From Acidimicrobiales bacterium (GTDB lineage: Bacteria > Actinomycetota > Acidimicrobiia > Acidimicrobiales > RAAP-2), in contig DATATM010000010.1 of assembly GCA_036268775.1 (NCBI GenBank), forward strand, positions 31,951 through 95,950: DNA of 64,000 nucleotides. The letters are read 5' to 3'. The notes beneath the pieces are model-generated. The model made no database searches. It saw only the letters and a program-made list of their open reading frames with translations, and had not been told where the DNA came from. The position numbers were made by a program, and so were the translations under genes. Below are positions 35,133 to 45,600 of this stretch, in pieces. Every line of letters begins with the position of its first letter. Within the stretch, counting starts at the first letter, position 1.

Positions 35133-37616
35133 CTAGGAAACCAGCCCTCCGCGGCGGACGCGGCGACGCCCATTTCGCCGCCGGACCCTCCAGCCGACCA
35201 CCGCCAGGGCCAGGGCGGCCACCCCGGCGGCGGCTGTGATCAGCCAGGCGGCATCGTCGACGCCGGTGGTGCCGTAATGGAGGGTGACGTCATGACTGGT
35301 GGGGACCACCACCATCAGGTTCGGGGCGACCCGCCAGGGCCCGTTGGCCCCGGTCGCCTTCCAGTTGGGGAAGTAGGAGATCTTCACCTCCACCGGGGTG
35401 CCGATCTTGTCGACGTGGAAGCTGATGGAGCTGTTCGACTGGGTGATGTTGGTCACCTTGGTCGGCGGCTCGGCCACCTTGGCTGGGGTCGTGTCGCCCA
35501 CTGCCACCCGCTCCCAGTTCGCCGGCCCGCCGGCGGCCGGCACCACGTCCCACGCCGACGGGTTGTCGTACCAGGCCACCGAGGGGTTCAACCAGCTGGT
35601 CTGGGCGGCGCCCACCCCCTGCCAGACCACCGGTTGGTTGGTCAGCGGCTGGACCAGCTGGGAGCCGGCGATCCGATACACCTTCCAGGTGGTGTCCAGC
35701 ACCTGGCCGTTGTAGATGGTGTGCCAGGGACCGCTCGACGCCACCTCGGTGAGGGAAGGGTCGGCCGCCGCCGCCCGTTCGGTGGTGGCCGAGGAGGCCA
35801 AGAAGTAGCGCACCCCCAACTGCTGGAGGTGCTCGATGCCGAGCGGGACGTTGAGCCCGCCGTAAGGCAGCCCGACCATGGCGTCAGAGGGGGTGACCGA
35901 CAGCTCGCTCTGGTTGATGAAGTGGTACGGGGTGGTGGTCGACGACTCGAAGAGCAGCCCCTCCATCGAGTCGATGCAGTTGTTGGTCCAGTAGGGCAGC
36001 AGCATCAGCGACTCGGTGGTGCCGAACCGGTTGAGGGACGGGTCGTACTCCCACATCGTCCGCCCGCATCCCTGTTGCGCCCCCACGCTGGCCATCATGT
36101 TGATCACGGCCTTGTACTCGGGGTAGTCGGGCTTGCGCTCATAGCCCGAGTAGTTCCAGTCCGCCCACGCACTGGGCTGGTTGGCCCCGACGGTGACCCC
36201 GACGTGGGTGAGGGCGGAGGCCGGAAGGACCAGCGGCGGCAGCACCGCCAGGAACACCGCAGCGAGGGCGATGACCGGCCCGGCCACCGCCCCGGCCGGA
36301 AGGGTGCCGGGGTTCGGGCGCTGGAGCCGTCGTCCCCGCCCACCCAGGATCGGCCCGGCGCCGTTGGCGATGACCGAGCGCCGCCGGACCCGCCTCACCC
36401 ACTGTTCGAGCCGGCGACGCCGCATCCAGCGGGCGGCGGCGGAGACCGTCTCGGCCACCGCGATCCCGCCCAGCAGGTAGAGGCAGAGGAACCAGAACGG
36501 GAGGAAGCGGACGTTGTAGAGCTTTCCCTGCGGATCGAGGCAGACCACCCCGGCCGAGATCGCCCCCATGATGGCGAGGAACATCCCCACCCGGTTGCGC
36601 CGGATCAGGGTGGCCACCAACCCGACCAGCGCAGCGGCCTGGATCCACCGGGAGGACGCCGGGAACAAGAGGTGGGGGAACCCGTCGATGTTCAGCCATC
36701 CCATGTTGGTGGAGTAGGCCCCCTGGAAGGCGAAGGGCACCAGCCACCACGCCGCCAGTCCGAGCCCGATCACCCCCACCACCACCAACCACAGCAGCCG
36801 CCGTGACCATCGGCGTCGGGCCACCATGCCCCGGAGTCCCCCCTGGAACGAACGCCGGAGGTCGGCATCGAGGATCAGCCACACCCCGGCCCCGATCACC
36901 GCGAAGATGGCCGGGATCACATGGCAGAGCACGGTGGCCGCCAGCAGGATGGCCGCCAGCGAGCGGTGACGCCCGGTGCGCAGCCCGGCGGCCACCAGGC
37001 CGAGGAAGACCAGCGCCAGCGACAGCGCCAACGAGAAGGAGAACTCGCCGGCCAGGGTGGAGAGGATGTTCCCCCCGTAGATCGAGAAGCTCGGCTCGAA
37101 CAGGAACGGCAGAGTGGCCGCCGCCAGGCACCCGGGTCCCGGATCCCGGAGGCCAGCCAGCTTGCCGAAGGCCCAGGCCGCCACCGGCAGGGTCAGGGTG
37201 CCGAGCACCGTGACCAGCTTGAAAGCGACGTCGTAGCTGGCCACCGCATTGAAGGCCACGGTGATGAGACCGGGCAGCGGGAAGTAGAAGGTATAGAGGG
37301 GGAATCCGTCGTACCAGCCCGGGTCCCAACCGGTCAGCTGGCCGTGGACCAGAAGGTTCGACTCCAGATACTTGGCCAGGGCCACATGGGCACCGGTGTC
37401 GCCGCCAGCGGTGGTGGTGGAGGCCAGCAGCAGTGAAGGGTGGAGCTGCCAGAGCGCCACCGCGGTGACCCCGATGATCGCCACCACCGAGGCCCAGGCC
37501 GGCCAGGTGGCGGGCCGGGTGATCCGGTGGATCAGGCGTTGCGCGGGGCGATCGGCGGCGGGCGGGACCGGGAGGTCAGTAGCGGCTGGCGAGATCGCCA
37601 CGTCGGAGACGGCCAC
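35133..37616 (-). CDS. Large polytopic membrane protein with C-terminal extracytoplasmic domain (GT-C-like / COG5617-like, function unknown)
   Basis: ORF 35133..37682. I prefer GTG 37616, 1 nt after the upstream stop. GGDTGAHV and GWDPGWYDGFPLYTFYFPLP motifs, at least 10 TM segments, about 400-aa soluble C-terminal domain and a final TM segment. Confidence 0.8.
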   Translation of the reverse strand: MAVSDVAISPAATDLPVPPAADRPAQRLIHRITRPATWPAWASVVAIIGVTAVALWQLHPSLLLASTTTAGGDTGAHVALAKYLESNLLVHGQLTGWDPGWYDGFPLYTFYFPLPGLITVAFNAVASYDVAFKLVTVLGTLTLPVAAWAFGKLAGLRDPGPGCLAAATLPFLFEPSFSIYGGNILSTLAGEFSFSLALSLALVFLGLVAAGLRTGRHRSLAAILLAATVLCHVIPAIFAVIGAGVWLILDADLRRSFQGGLRGMVARRRWSRRLLWLVVVGVIGLGLAAWWLVPFAFQGAYSTNMGWLNIDGFPHLLFPASSRWIQAAALVGLVATLIRRNRVGMFLAIMGAISAGVVCLDPQGKLYNVRFLPFWFLCLYLLGGIAVAETVSAAARWMRRRRLEQWVRRVRRRSVIANGAGPILGGRGRRLQRPNPGTLPAGAVAGPVIALAAVFLAVLPPLVLPASALTHVGVTVGANQPSAWADWNYSGYERKPDYPEYKAVINMMASVGAQQGCGRTMWEYDPSLNRFGTTESLMLLPYWTNNCIDSMEGLLFESSTTTPYHFINQSELSVTPSDAMVGLPYGGLNVPLGIEHLQQLGVRYFLASSATTERAAAADPSLTEVASSGPWHTIYNGQVLDTTWKVYRIAGSQLVQPLTNQPVVWQGVGAAQTSWLNPSVAWYDNPSAWDVVPAAGGPANWERVAVGDTTPAKVAEPPTKVTNITQSNSSISFHVDKIGTPVEVKISYFPNWKATGANGPWRVAPNLMVVVPTSHDVTLHYGTTGVDDAAWLITAAAGVAALALAVVGWRVRRRNGRRRVRRGGLVS

Positions 37617-37617
37617 G

Positions 37618-38661
37618 TCAGAAGAGGACGCCGGTGCCGGCGGCGAGGGTGGCCACCACCGCCACCAGGTTGAAGGTGGCATGGGAGACCATGTTCATGC
37701 CCAGACGCCCGGTCCGGTAGGAGACGAAGGACAGGATGATCCCGAAGGCGGCCAAACCCAACAGCTGCAGCGATTCGGCGTGGGCCAGGCCGAACAGGAC
37801 CCCGGTGATGACGATGGCCAGCGTCGGGCCCACCCAGTTCCCGAAGCGTCCGAACAGCCGGACCAACGACCGCAGCAGCAGGCCGCGGAAGAACAGCTCC
37901 TCGAAGAACGGCGCCCCGACCACAGTGAGGATGGCGATGATGGCGAACCCGAGCCCGTGCGAACCTCCGGTCAGCTTCTGACTGGGGGCGTTGAACTTGC
38001 TGTTGAAGTCGTTGACGTGCTGGGAGATGGGAATGTAGATGGCCACCACCAGGAACTGGCCACCGATCCCGATCGGGATGCCCACCAGGTCGATCCATTT
38101 GAACCGGAGGCCGAGATCCCGGACCAGGCTGCGGGTACCCCGGACCGAGGAGGCCAACCAGGGGCCGCCGAAGAACCCGACCCAGAGCCCGGCCAGGGTG
38201 GAGACGATGTACCAGGTCGGCGGTTCGTTGAGATTGGCGATGGCGCTGAGATTGTGGAGCTTGCCGGCGGCGGCCGCCGCCACCAGGGAGAAGATCGCCC
38301 CGACCACCTGGCCGGCCAGGAAGCCGAGCACCGCGAACAGCAGCCACATCCAGGCCGCCGGGCGGGTGGCGGGGGCGGCTCCCGCCTCGAGCTGGCGGTC
38401 GAGGGGCACGTCCCCTTCCGCCCTGCCGGCGGCAACCCTGTCCCTGATCGCCGGATCCACCATCGACACACTGTCCCACTGTCGCTGACCGCGGCTCGGA
38501 CCGGGGGTCCAGGGCGCCTGGCCCGCCCACTGCGCCGGCGGAGGCGGACCCCAGCCCGGAGGCGGAGGGGCCCACCCACCGGGAGGCGTCCAGCCCGGCG
38601 GCGGGACCCACCCTGGCGGGGGGATCCACCCGCTGGCTCGGCCTTCTCCTCCGTGGGTCAC
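37618..38661 (-). CDS. CPBP (CAAX/Abi) family intramembrane metalloprotease with Trp/Pro-repeat N-terminus
   Basis: ORF 37618..38661 with a GTG start. FFEELFFRGLL and FGLAH motifs. The N-terminus carries about five PP(P)GW units. Confidence 0.85.
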   Translation of the reverse strand: MTHGGEGRASGWIPPPGWVPPPGWTPPGGWAPPPPGWGPPPPAQWAGQAPWTPGPSRGQRQWDSVSMVDPAIRDRVAAGRAEGDVPLDRQLEAGAAPATRPAAWMWLLFAVLGFLAGQVVGAIFSLVAAAAAGKLHNLSAIANLNEPPTWYIVSTLAGLWVGFFGGPWLASSVRGTRSLVRDLGLRFKWIDLVGIPIGIGGQFLVVAIYIPISQHVNDFNSKFNAPSQKLTGGSHGLGFAIIAILTVVGAPFFEELFFRGLLLRSLVRLFGRFGNWVGPTLAIVITGVLFGLAHAESLQLLGLAAFGIILSFVSYRTGRLGMNMVSHATFNLVAVVATLAAGTGVLF

Positions 38662-38772
38662 GCCGACACGTTACCGACCGTCATCCCCGCTCCGGGGGCG
38701 CCCCCGTCAACCGGCCGGCTCCCACCCACCCCCGATGCCTCGGCTCCACCCAAGGCCGCATATCATGGTTCG

Positions 38773-41010
38773 GTGACCCCGCCCAACCCCAACCTGCCTC
38801 CCGGCCCGATGAACTCGGGTGGACCCGGCGAAGGAGCCCCAGGTCAGAACCGGAACCGTCTGGTCCTCTATCTGGTGATCGCCCTCGCCATCCTGGCGGT
38901 GTTGATCGTGCCGTCTCTGATGCACACCTCGCACGCCACCTCGCTGAGCTACAACACCTTCCTCAACGACCTCTCCGGCAAGCAGGTCAAGAACGCCAGC
39001 GTCAACAACGCCACCGGTGTCATCACCGGTTCGTTGAACAACGGGACCAGCTACACCGTCAACGGACCCAGCCCGGTGGTCGACTCGGAAGTCACCGCCC
39101 TTCACGCGCTGGGCAACAACTACAAGCTGGTCACCCCCTCATCCAGCAATCTTCTTTCAATCATCTTGACGTGGGTGCTTCCCTTTGCCCTCATCTTCGG
39201 GGTGTTTTTCTACATCAGTCGAAAGGCGCAGGGACAGATGGGAAGCATCATGTCGATCGGCCGATCCAAGGCCAAGCTCTATTCCACCGAACGCCCCTCC
39301 ACCACCTTTGACGATGTGGCCGGCTACGCCGGGGTCAAGCTGGAGATCAGCGAAGTGGTGGACTTCCTGAAGACGCCGGGTCGCTTCAAGGACATCGGCG
39401 CCCGGATCCCGAAGGGGATCCTGCTGGTCGGCCCGCCGGGTACCGGCAAGACCCTGCTGGCCCGGGCGGTGGCCGGCGAGGCCGGGGTGCCGTTCATGTC
39501 GGTCAGCGGCTCGGACTTCATGGAGATGTTCGTCGGGGTCGGGGCCAGCCGGGTGCGCGACCTGTTCGCCACCGCCCGGAAGCAGGCACCCGCCATCGTC
39601 TTCATCGACGAGATCGACTCCATCGGCCGCAAGCGGGGGGCCGGGCTGGGCGGCGGTCACGACGAGCGGGAGCAGACCCTCAACCAGCTCCTCTCCGAAA
39701 TGGACGGCTTCGAGCCCACCGAGGGCATCGTGGTGATGGCCGCCACCAACCGGCCGGACATCCTCGACGCCGCCATTCTCCGACCCGGCCGGTTCGACCG
39801 TCAGATCGTGGTGCCCCTTCCCGACCTCGAGGAGCGGCTCCCCATCCTCCAGGTGCACTGCAAGGACAAGCGGGTGGCCCCGACCGTCGACCTGGGCCTG
39901 GTGGCCCGGGGCACTCCGGGGATGAGCGGCGCCGACTTGGCCAACCTGGTCAACGAAGCCGCCCTCCACGCCGTCCGCCGCGGCTCGGAAGTCATCGAGA
40001 ACGTCGACTTCGAAGCGTCGAGGGATCGGGTCCTGATGGGGCAGGCTCGGGAGAGCCTGGTGCTGTCGGACGCCGAGAAGGAGCGGGTGGCCTTCCATGA
40101 AGGCGGCCACGCGGTGCTGGCCTACGTGCTCCCTGGTGCCGACCCGGTGCACAAGGTGACCATCCTGCCTACTGGCATGGCCCTCGGCGTCACCATGCAG
40201 CTGCCGATCGAAGAGCGGCACATCCATCCCCGCCAGAACATCGAGGACTCGCTGGCCGTCCGCATGGGGGGACGGGCCGCGGAGCTCCTCGTCTACGGCG
40301 ACCTCTCCACCGGCGCCAGCAACGACCTGGTCGGCAACACCGAGCTGGCCCGAAAGATGGTGCGCGAGTGGGGAATGAGCGACAAGATCGGCCCGATGGC
40401 CTGGGGCTCCCAGGGCCAGGTGTTCTTGGGTGAGGACCTGATGCACACCCGCGACTACTCCGAGCACACCAGCCAGGTCATCGACGACGAGGTGGAGATC
40501 ATCTTGAGGGTCCAGGAAGAGCGGGCCCTCGAAGTGCTGGCCCGCCACCGGGGTGGCCTCGACGCAGTGGCCCGCGCCCTTCTCGACGAAGAGACCATCG
40601 ACGGCGAGACGGTGGGTCGGCTGGTCGACACCGCCTACGGCCGTCCGGTCCACGAGCACGGCACCCGGTCCATCCCCCCCATCTTCGTGGCTTCCCAGCA
40701 CGGCCCCACCGGATCGGACAATGCCGACGGCCCGGTCGGGGAGGGTGCGACCGCCGACGTCGCCACTGCCGATGCCACCGAGTCGACCTCCGCCTCCACC
40801 GAGTCGGAGACCCCGGCCGGGGCCGGCGTGTCGGGAGCCAACGACGCCGAGGCGCCGTCCTCGGCCCCGACTCCCTGGCCACCGCCACCGGCGGCCGGCC
40901 ACTCGCCCCAAGTCCCGCCCCCGTGGCCGAAGAATCCCGCCCCGGCTCCCGGGCACTGGCCCCGCCAGGCACCCTGGCCTCCGCCGCCACCCCCGCCACC
41001 GTCCCGCTGA
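38773..41010 (+). CDS. ftsH: ATP-dependent zinc metalloprotease FtsH
   Basis: ORF 37372..41010 trimmed to GTG 38773 (ATG 38809 is the alternative). Walker [12 protein letters not shown] region, HEGGHA zinc site. Pro/Trp-rich C-terminal tail. Confidence 0.95.
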   Translation: MTPPNPNLPPGPMNSGGPGEGAPGQNRNRLVLYLVIALAILAVLIVPSLMHTSHATSLSYNTFLNDLSGKQVKNASVNNATGVITGSLNNGTSYTVNGPSPVVDSEVTALHALGNNYKLVTPSSSNLLSIILTWVLPFALIFGVFFYISRKAQGQMGSIMSIGRSKAKLYSTERPSTTFDDVAGYAGVKLEISEVVDFLKTPGRFKDIGARIPKGILLVGPPGTGKTLLARAVAGEAGVPFMSVSGSDFMEMFVGVGASRVRDLFATARKQAPAIVFIDEIDSIGRKRGAGLGGGHDEREQTLNQLLSEMDGFEPTEGIVVMAATNRPDILDAAILRPGRFDRQIVVPLPDLEERLPILQVHCKDKRVAPTVDLGLVARGTPGMSGADLANLVNEAALHAVRRGSEVIENVDFEASRDRVLMGQARESLVLSDAEKERVAFHEGGHAVLAYVLPGADPVHKVTILPTGMALGVTMQLPIEERHIHPRQNIEDSLAVRMGGRAAELLVYGDLSTGASNDLVGNTELARKMVREWGMSDKIGPMAWGSQGQVFLGEDLMHTRDYSEHTSQVIDDEVEIILRVQEERALEVLARHRGGLDAVARALLDEETIDGETVGRLVDTAYGRPVHEHGTRSIPPIFVASQHGPTGSDNADGPVGEGATADVATADATESTSASTESETPAGAGVSGANDAEAPSSAPTPWPPPPAAGHSPQVPPPWPKNPAPAPGHWPRQAPWPPPPPPPPSR

Positions 41011-41058
41011 CCGGTCGGCTTCAGCCTGGGTGGTCGCCCGCCTCGCGGACGGTCGGGC

Positions 41059-42624
41059 TCAGGAGGAGAAGGGCATGCCGGCGGAGGACACCACCCCCGG
41101 GGCTCCCGACGGGTTGTCGTCCTCCTCAACGGTGACCGGCTGGGTCGACTTCACGTCGTAGACCTGGAGGCCGGCGATCACGTTGGGGCCGAGGACCGCC
41201 AACGAGCCGGGCGCCACCGAGAACGAGCTCACCACTGTCCCGGTCCCCAGCGTGGTGACCCGCACCTGGGCGGGCGACGACCCCGAGTTGGCGACGGCCA
41301 GACTGCCGGCGGTGGCACGGGGTGTCCCCGGCGCGGTTCCGGCCCCCGGTCCCGGGACCAGCCAGTGGGGGCTGGTGGTGGTGGTTCCGGAGATCGATCC
41401 CCACAGCGGCGGCGCCGAGCCGTTGGGCGCCTGCACCGAGCGGGAGACCACCATGCCGACTGACGCCTTCACCGTCACCGAGTAGGGCTCGGTACGGGGG
41501 AGGCGGCTCGAGGCGGAGGCGATGAGCGCCACCTCCGACTGGGCGGGCACCGGGACCTGGATCGGCACGATCGACGCGGAGGGAACCCCGATGTCAAAGG
41601 TGGCCACCCCCGCCTGGCTCCCCGGGTTGGCGACGTGGAAGGTGACGGTTGCCTTGCCGGGGTTGGTGGTCTGGGCGAAATGCCAGACGGTGGCCGGGGA
41701 AGGGGATCCGAGCCGCAAGGCCAACCCGCCGGTCGAACCCGACGACCACTGCTGCAACTCGTCGGCCACCACCGCGGTCGACTGCGCGGAGATCATGGTG
41801 CCGATCTCCCCTTGGTTCTGCACGAAATCCCCGACGTTCTCGGCCACCACGTGGCCGGCCGGCACCACCAGGCCCTGATACGCCGACGGGGTGATGACCC
41901 CGGCGGCCGTCAGGAAGGAAACGTTCATCACCGCGTCGGTCGAGGTGGGGTTGAACAGGTCGAGCGTCAAGGCGTTGCCGGGCGAGGTGGACCCACCGGC
42001 GAAGTACCACGAGGTCGCCACTTGCGACGCGCAGGGAGCGGTGCTCCATCCCCCGGTGCCGGTCACCACCTGGTTGGCCGTCACTCCCCCGCCGGCGAAC
42101 ACGAACGACGCCGCCACATCCCCGGCTGCCAGTCCGGTTCCCGGGTTGATGGCGGTGGTTCCCATCGGGGGGATCTGGACCGGGCGGACCGTCGGAGGCC
42201 CCGGGGTCCCGGTGCTGGTGGCCCCGCTGCCCGTCCCCGGGGCCACCCGGGCCGTCATCACCCCGGTGACCGCCTGGGGGGTGGTGTTGGTCAGGTAGAT
42301 GGTGGTCCCCGCCAGTCCCCCGAATCCGGAGGCACCCCCGGCGCAGAACAGCGACGAGGACGATGCATCGGCGGCCGCGATCGACACCCCGTCGGTTGCC
42401 ACCGCCGCCGCCGGTCGGGTCGGCGCCCCGGCCGCCACGCTGACGATCCAGATGCCGGTCACCGCCGCCACCACCCCGACCAGCGCGGCGATCCGGACCT
42501 GGATCGGATTCGCCTCTCTCCGGTAGAGGGTGTGGCCGGCCTGACGGCGGGCGGATTGACTGTGTCGCCCGGCCCGCCGGCGACGGGCGGCGGCGCGGCC
42601 GCTCGGGTCGGTGGGGTAGCTCAT
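41059..42624 (-). CDS. DUF5719-like secreted/membrane-anchored protein
   Basis: ORF 41059..43170 trimmed to ATG 42624, which overlaps the stop of the upstream GT2 gene (ATGA). One TM segment, then a long Ser/Thr/Gly/Val-rich beta-type domain. This pairing with a large GT2 protein is conserved in Actinomycetota (memory). Confidence 0.75.
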   Translation of the reverse strand: MSYPTDPSGRAAARRRRAGRHSQSARRQAGHTLYRREANPIQVRIAALVGVVAAVTGIWIVSVAAGAPTRPAAAVATDGVSIAAADASSSSLFCAGGASGFGGLAGTTIYLTNTTPQAVTGVMTARVAPGTGSGATSTGTPGPPTVRPVQIPPMGTTAINPGTGLAAGDVAASFVFAGGGVTANQVVTGTGGWSTAPCASQVATSWYFAGGSTSPGNALTLDLFNPTSTDAVMNVSFLTAAGVITPSAYQGLVVPAGHVVAENVGDFVQNQGEIGTMISAQSTAVVADELQQWSSGSTGGLALRLGSPSPATVWHFAQTTNPGKATVTFHVANPGSQAGVATFDIGVPSASIVPIQVPVPAQSEVALIASASSRLPRTEPYSVTVKASVGMVVSRSVQAPNGSAPPLWGSISGTTTTSPHWLVPGPGAGTAPGTPRATAGSLAVANSGSSPAQVRVTTLGTGTVVSSFSVAPGSLAVLGPNVIAGLQVYDVKSTQPVTVEEDDNPSGAPGVVSSAGMPFSS

Positions 42625-45600
42625 CCGCCCAACCCTCCGAAGTCTTCGCCTTCCTCCTCGAGATCGAGCTCGGGGATCTGACGGCGGGGCTCGGAACGGC
42701 GGCGGCGGCGCCTCCGGCCCAGCACCGAGCGAAGCCAAGGCCGCAGCACCCCGCGGCGCTCGACCAGCGCGGCGGCGACCAACACCCAGAGAATCAGCTC
42801 GAAGGCCACCGACAACGGCGCCCAGGGGCCGCCGTTGAACCGAAGCACCGCCGGCCCGGTGCTCGCCACCCGGTACTGGCCGGCCCATCCGAAAGCGGGA
42901 GACATCGGGAAGGGGGTCCCGCCGGCGGAGGCCAGCGACCACCGTCCCGCCGGGGCCAGGGCGGTCAACACGGTGCCGGCCGGAACCACCCCCGCATAAG
43001 AACTCGAGGCCGGCGGACCCGGCAACACCGGGACGGCCCCGGGGACGAACGGGGTGCCGGGCGCCACCCCGAGGACGTTGGGGGTCCCGGACGCACTGGT
43101 GGCGATGGCGGTGGCGGCCGCGGTGGCGGTCGGCGCCGACGCCGGCACCGCGGCGCGCTCGGGTATCCAAGCGTTGTTCTGAAAGACGCTGATCCCCGAC
43201 TCGCTGAACACCGACTGCAGATCGAGCTGGTCGGCCAGGGCCGGTCCCAAGTCAGCCGGGGCCGGATACTGGGTCGGGGTCTGGACGTCGGGAATGATCG
43301 GCGCCAGCGCCGTCACCTCCACCACATAGCGCACCCCGGCGGGGGCCAGCAGGCTCCCGAGTTGGTTGGTCCGCCCGGTGCGGGCCACGTTCAGCGCGCT
43401 GGCCAACCGGGTGGCCGGGCCCGGGCCGGGGGCATTCCAGAGCCAGGAGGCATTGGGGGCGCCGTCCTCGGAGGTGGCATAGGCCAGCCCGTTGCCGGCG
43501 CTCCACGACCCCTGGTTGAGGGCCCGCGGGTCGCCGACCCACAGCACCCGGAAGGCTCCGGTCTTCGCTTTGGCGTTCATCCAGGCCACCGTCTGGCTGA
43601 AGTCGTTCTGAGGGAGGTCCCAACGGCCGGGCAGGGCCGAGACCAGGGTGGGCACCGTGCCGATGGCCATGGCCGCCACCGCCCCGGCGGTGGCCAGTTG
43701 TCGCCACCCGAAGGTGGAGGCCGGGAGGTCCTCCTCGAAGGCGGCGATGCCGAGGCCGATGGCCATGGCGGTCGCCGCCGCCGCCGGTCCGAGCAGGATC
43801 ATCGGGTCGATGGACAAGCTGCCGGTCCATCCCCGTCCGATCACCCACGCCGCGAACCAGAACACCAGGGCGATCGACCAGCAGCGCCCGGCCCACCCGA
43901 ACCTCGGGCCCCGGGCCAGGACCAGCGGCAGCAACGCGGCCAAGCCGAACGCCCACGCCAGTGGGGAATTGCCGATCGGCCCAACCGAGAACCGGAGCAG
44001 GTCGCCCCAGGACACCGCCCCGGAGGTGGGACCGGCGACGCCGAACACCCCGATCGCCCCCCGCCCGGCGGCCAGCACGCCGATCAACCAGGGGAGACAG
44101 AGGATCCCGGCCACCAGGGTGGAACCGAGCGACAACCACAAGGCCCGGACGGCGGTGGTCGGCTGTCCGAGGACAAGGGACGACACCGCCACTGCAGCCC
44201 CGGCCAGGACCACCACGATGGCGGCGGCGGGAACGAAGGAGACCATCACCGCCTCCAGCACCCCGAGGAGCATCAGGCTCCGCAACGTCCGGTGACGGGC
44301 CAGCCATCGGCCCCCGACCGGGCGCCCGGCGTTGTACCGGGATCGCCGGTGACCGGGACCCTGGCTGGCCACCTCCGCCCGGGTCCGGGCCGGGAGCACC
44401 TGGGGGGCGGGAGCGAACGGAGCCACCCCGGTGTAGCGGAAGAGGTGCCCGAACGCCCAGGGAACCCCGGCGTAGACGACCAGGGTGCCGAGCCGTCCGA
44501 GGGCCAGCGCGTCGTAGGGGATGGGAATCGCCAGGTAGACGATCCCCGCCACCAAGGCGCCCCGCTCGGAGCCGAAAGGACGCACCAGCCGGACCATGCC
44601 CCATGCCCCCAAGGGGATGCAGGCGAGGATGAGCACCTTCTGGGTGAGCCCCATGGCCCCGAACAGCACTGTCCCCAACGAACCCACCAGCGCGTAGGCC
44701 GGCGAACCCGGGGAAGTGGAGCCGACTCCCCACGGATGCCAGCCGGTTCCGAACTGGGCGAAGGTGCTCGACCAGCTCGGGAAGGGCACGAACTGGCCGA
44801 TGGAGGGGATGGATCCGGTCAACAGGCTTCGGGAGCCGACCACCACCACAAAGGCGGCGATCAGCCAGGACAGCAGCCGCACCCGGCCGCTCAGCCGGCC
44901 CCGGGGGGAGGCGGCTTCTTGATCGTAGGGTGCATCCCGGCGGCGACTCACCCCATCGTCGTCGCTATCGACGAACTCGTCGAGGACGCCGCTCAATCCG
45001 GCCTCCGCCTCCGCTCCCGGGAAGGCGAGCTCGTCGGCGTGGGCACCCCGGAATCCGAGCTGGAGGACCCGGCGGGCATAGGCGGAGAGGCGGGCGCTCC
45101 CCGACACCTGGAGCTGTCGTATCTCCTTGTCGCTGAGCCGGCGGAGGGACTGGACCTGCCGGCGCTGCCGCCAGGTCTCCCCCATCCGATGGAAGTTCCA
45201 GCGCCAGGCCGACATCACCGCCCGCACCCGGGTGCGGTTGCCGGCGACCGCCGCCACCACCAGCTCGCCCAAGGTGAGCACCAGGATCTGGGGGAGGACC
45301 CGGAGGAGGTGGAAGACCCCGTAACACTTGAAGACGGCGTGGAGCTCGTGGCGCCGTTGCAACTCCTGGAGGGTGACCGGGTGACGGTGCTTGCCATGGG
45401 AGGCACCGACCAGGGACGCCTCGACGGGTCGGGCCCCACTGGCCAGCTCCTCGAGGTGGCGGACGCGGGCGTCGGGGACCACGATGATCCGGGCCCCGGC
45501 CACCTGGGCCCGCCAACAGAGGTCGAGGTCCTCGCCCATGGCCACGATGGTGGGGTCGAAGCCGCCCAGCTCCTCGAAGAGATCCGCCCGCACCAGGGTG

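Noticed and set aside
37350-37370. T-loop-like strings (GGTTCGACTCC here, GGTTCGAACC near 1183) that might indicate tRNA genes.
   Set aside because: Both lie inside well-supported coding sequences. Neither has acceptor, anticodon or D-arm complements around it.
37372-38772. The 5' extension of the ftsH ORF (a further 467 codons upstream of GTG 38773), and similar long N-terminal extensions of the bioF, bioA, ACAD, DUF5719, FKBP and hpf ORFs.
   Set aside because: The extensions overlap well-supported genes on the other strand and are low-complexity. They are also absent from the known families. Internal starts coincide with RBS or stop/start coupling signals.
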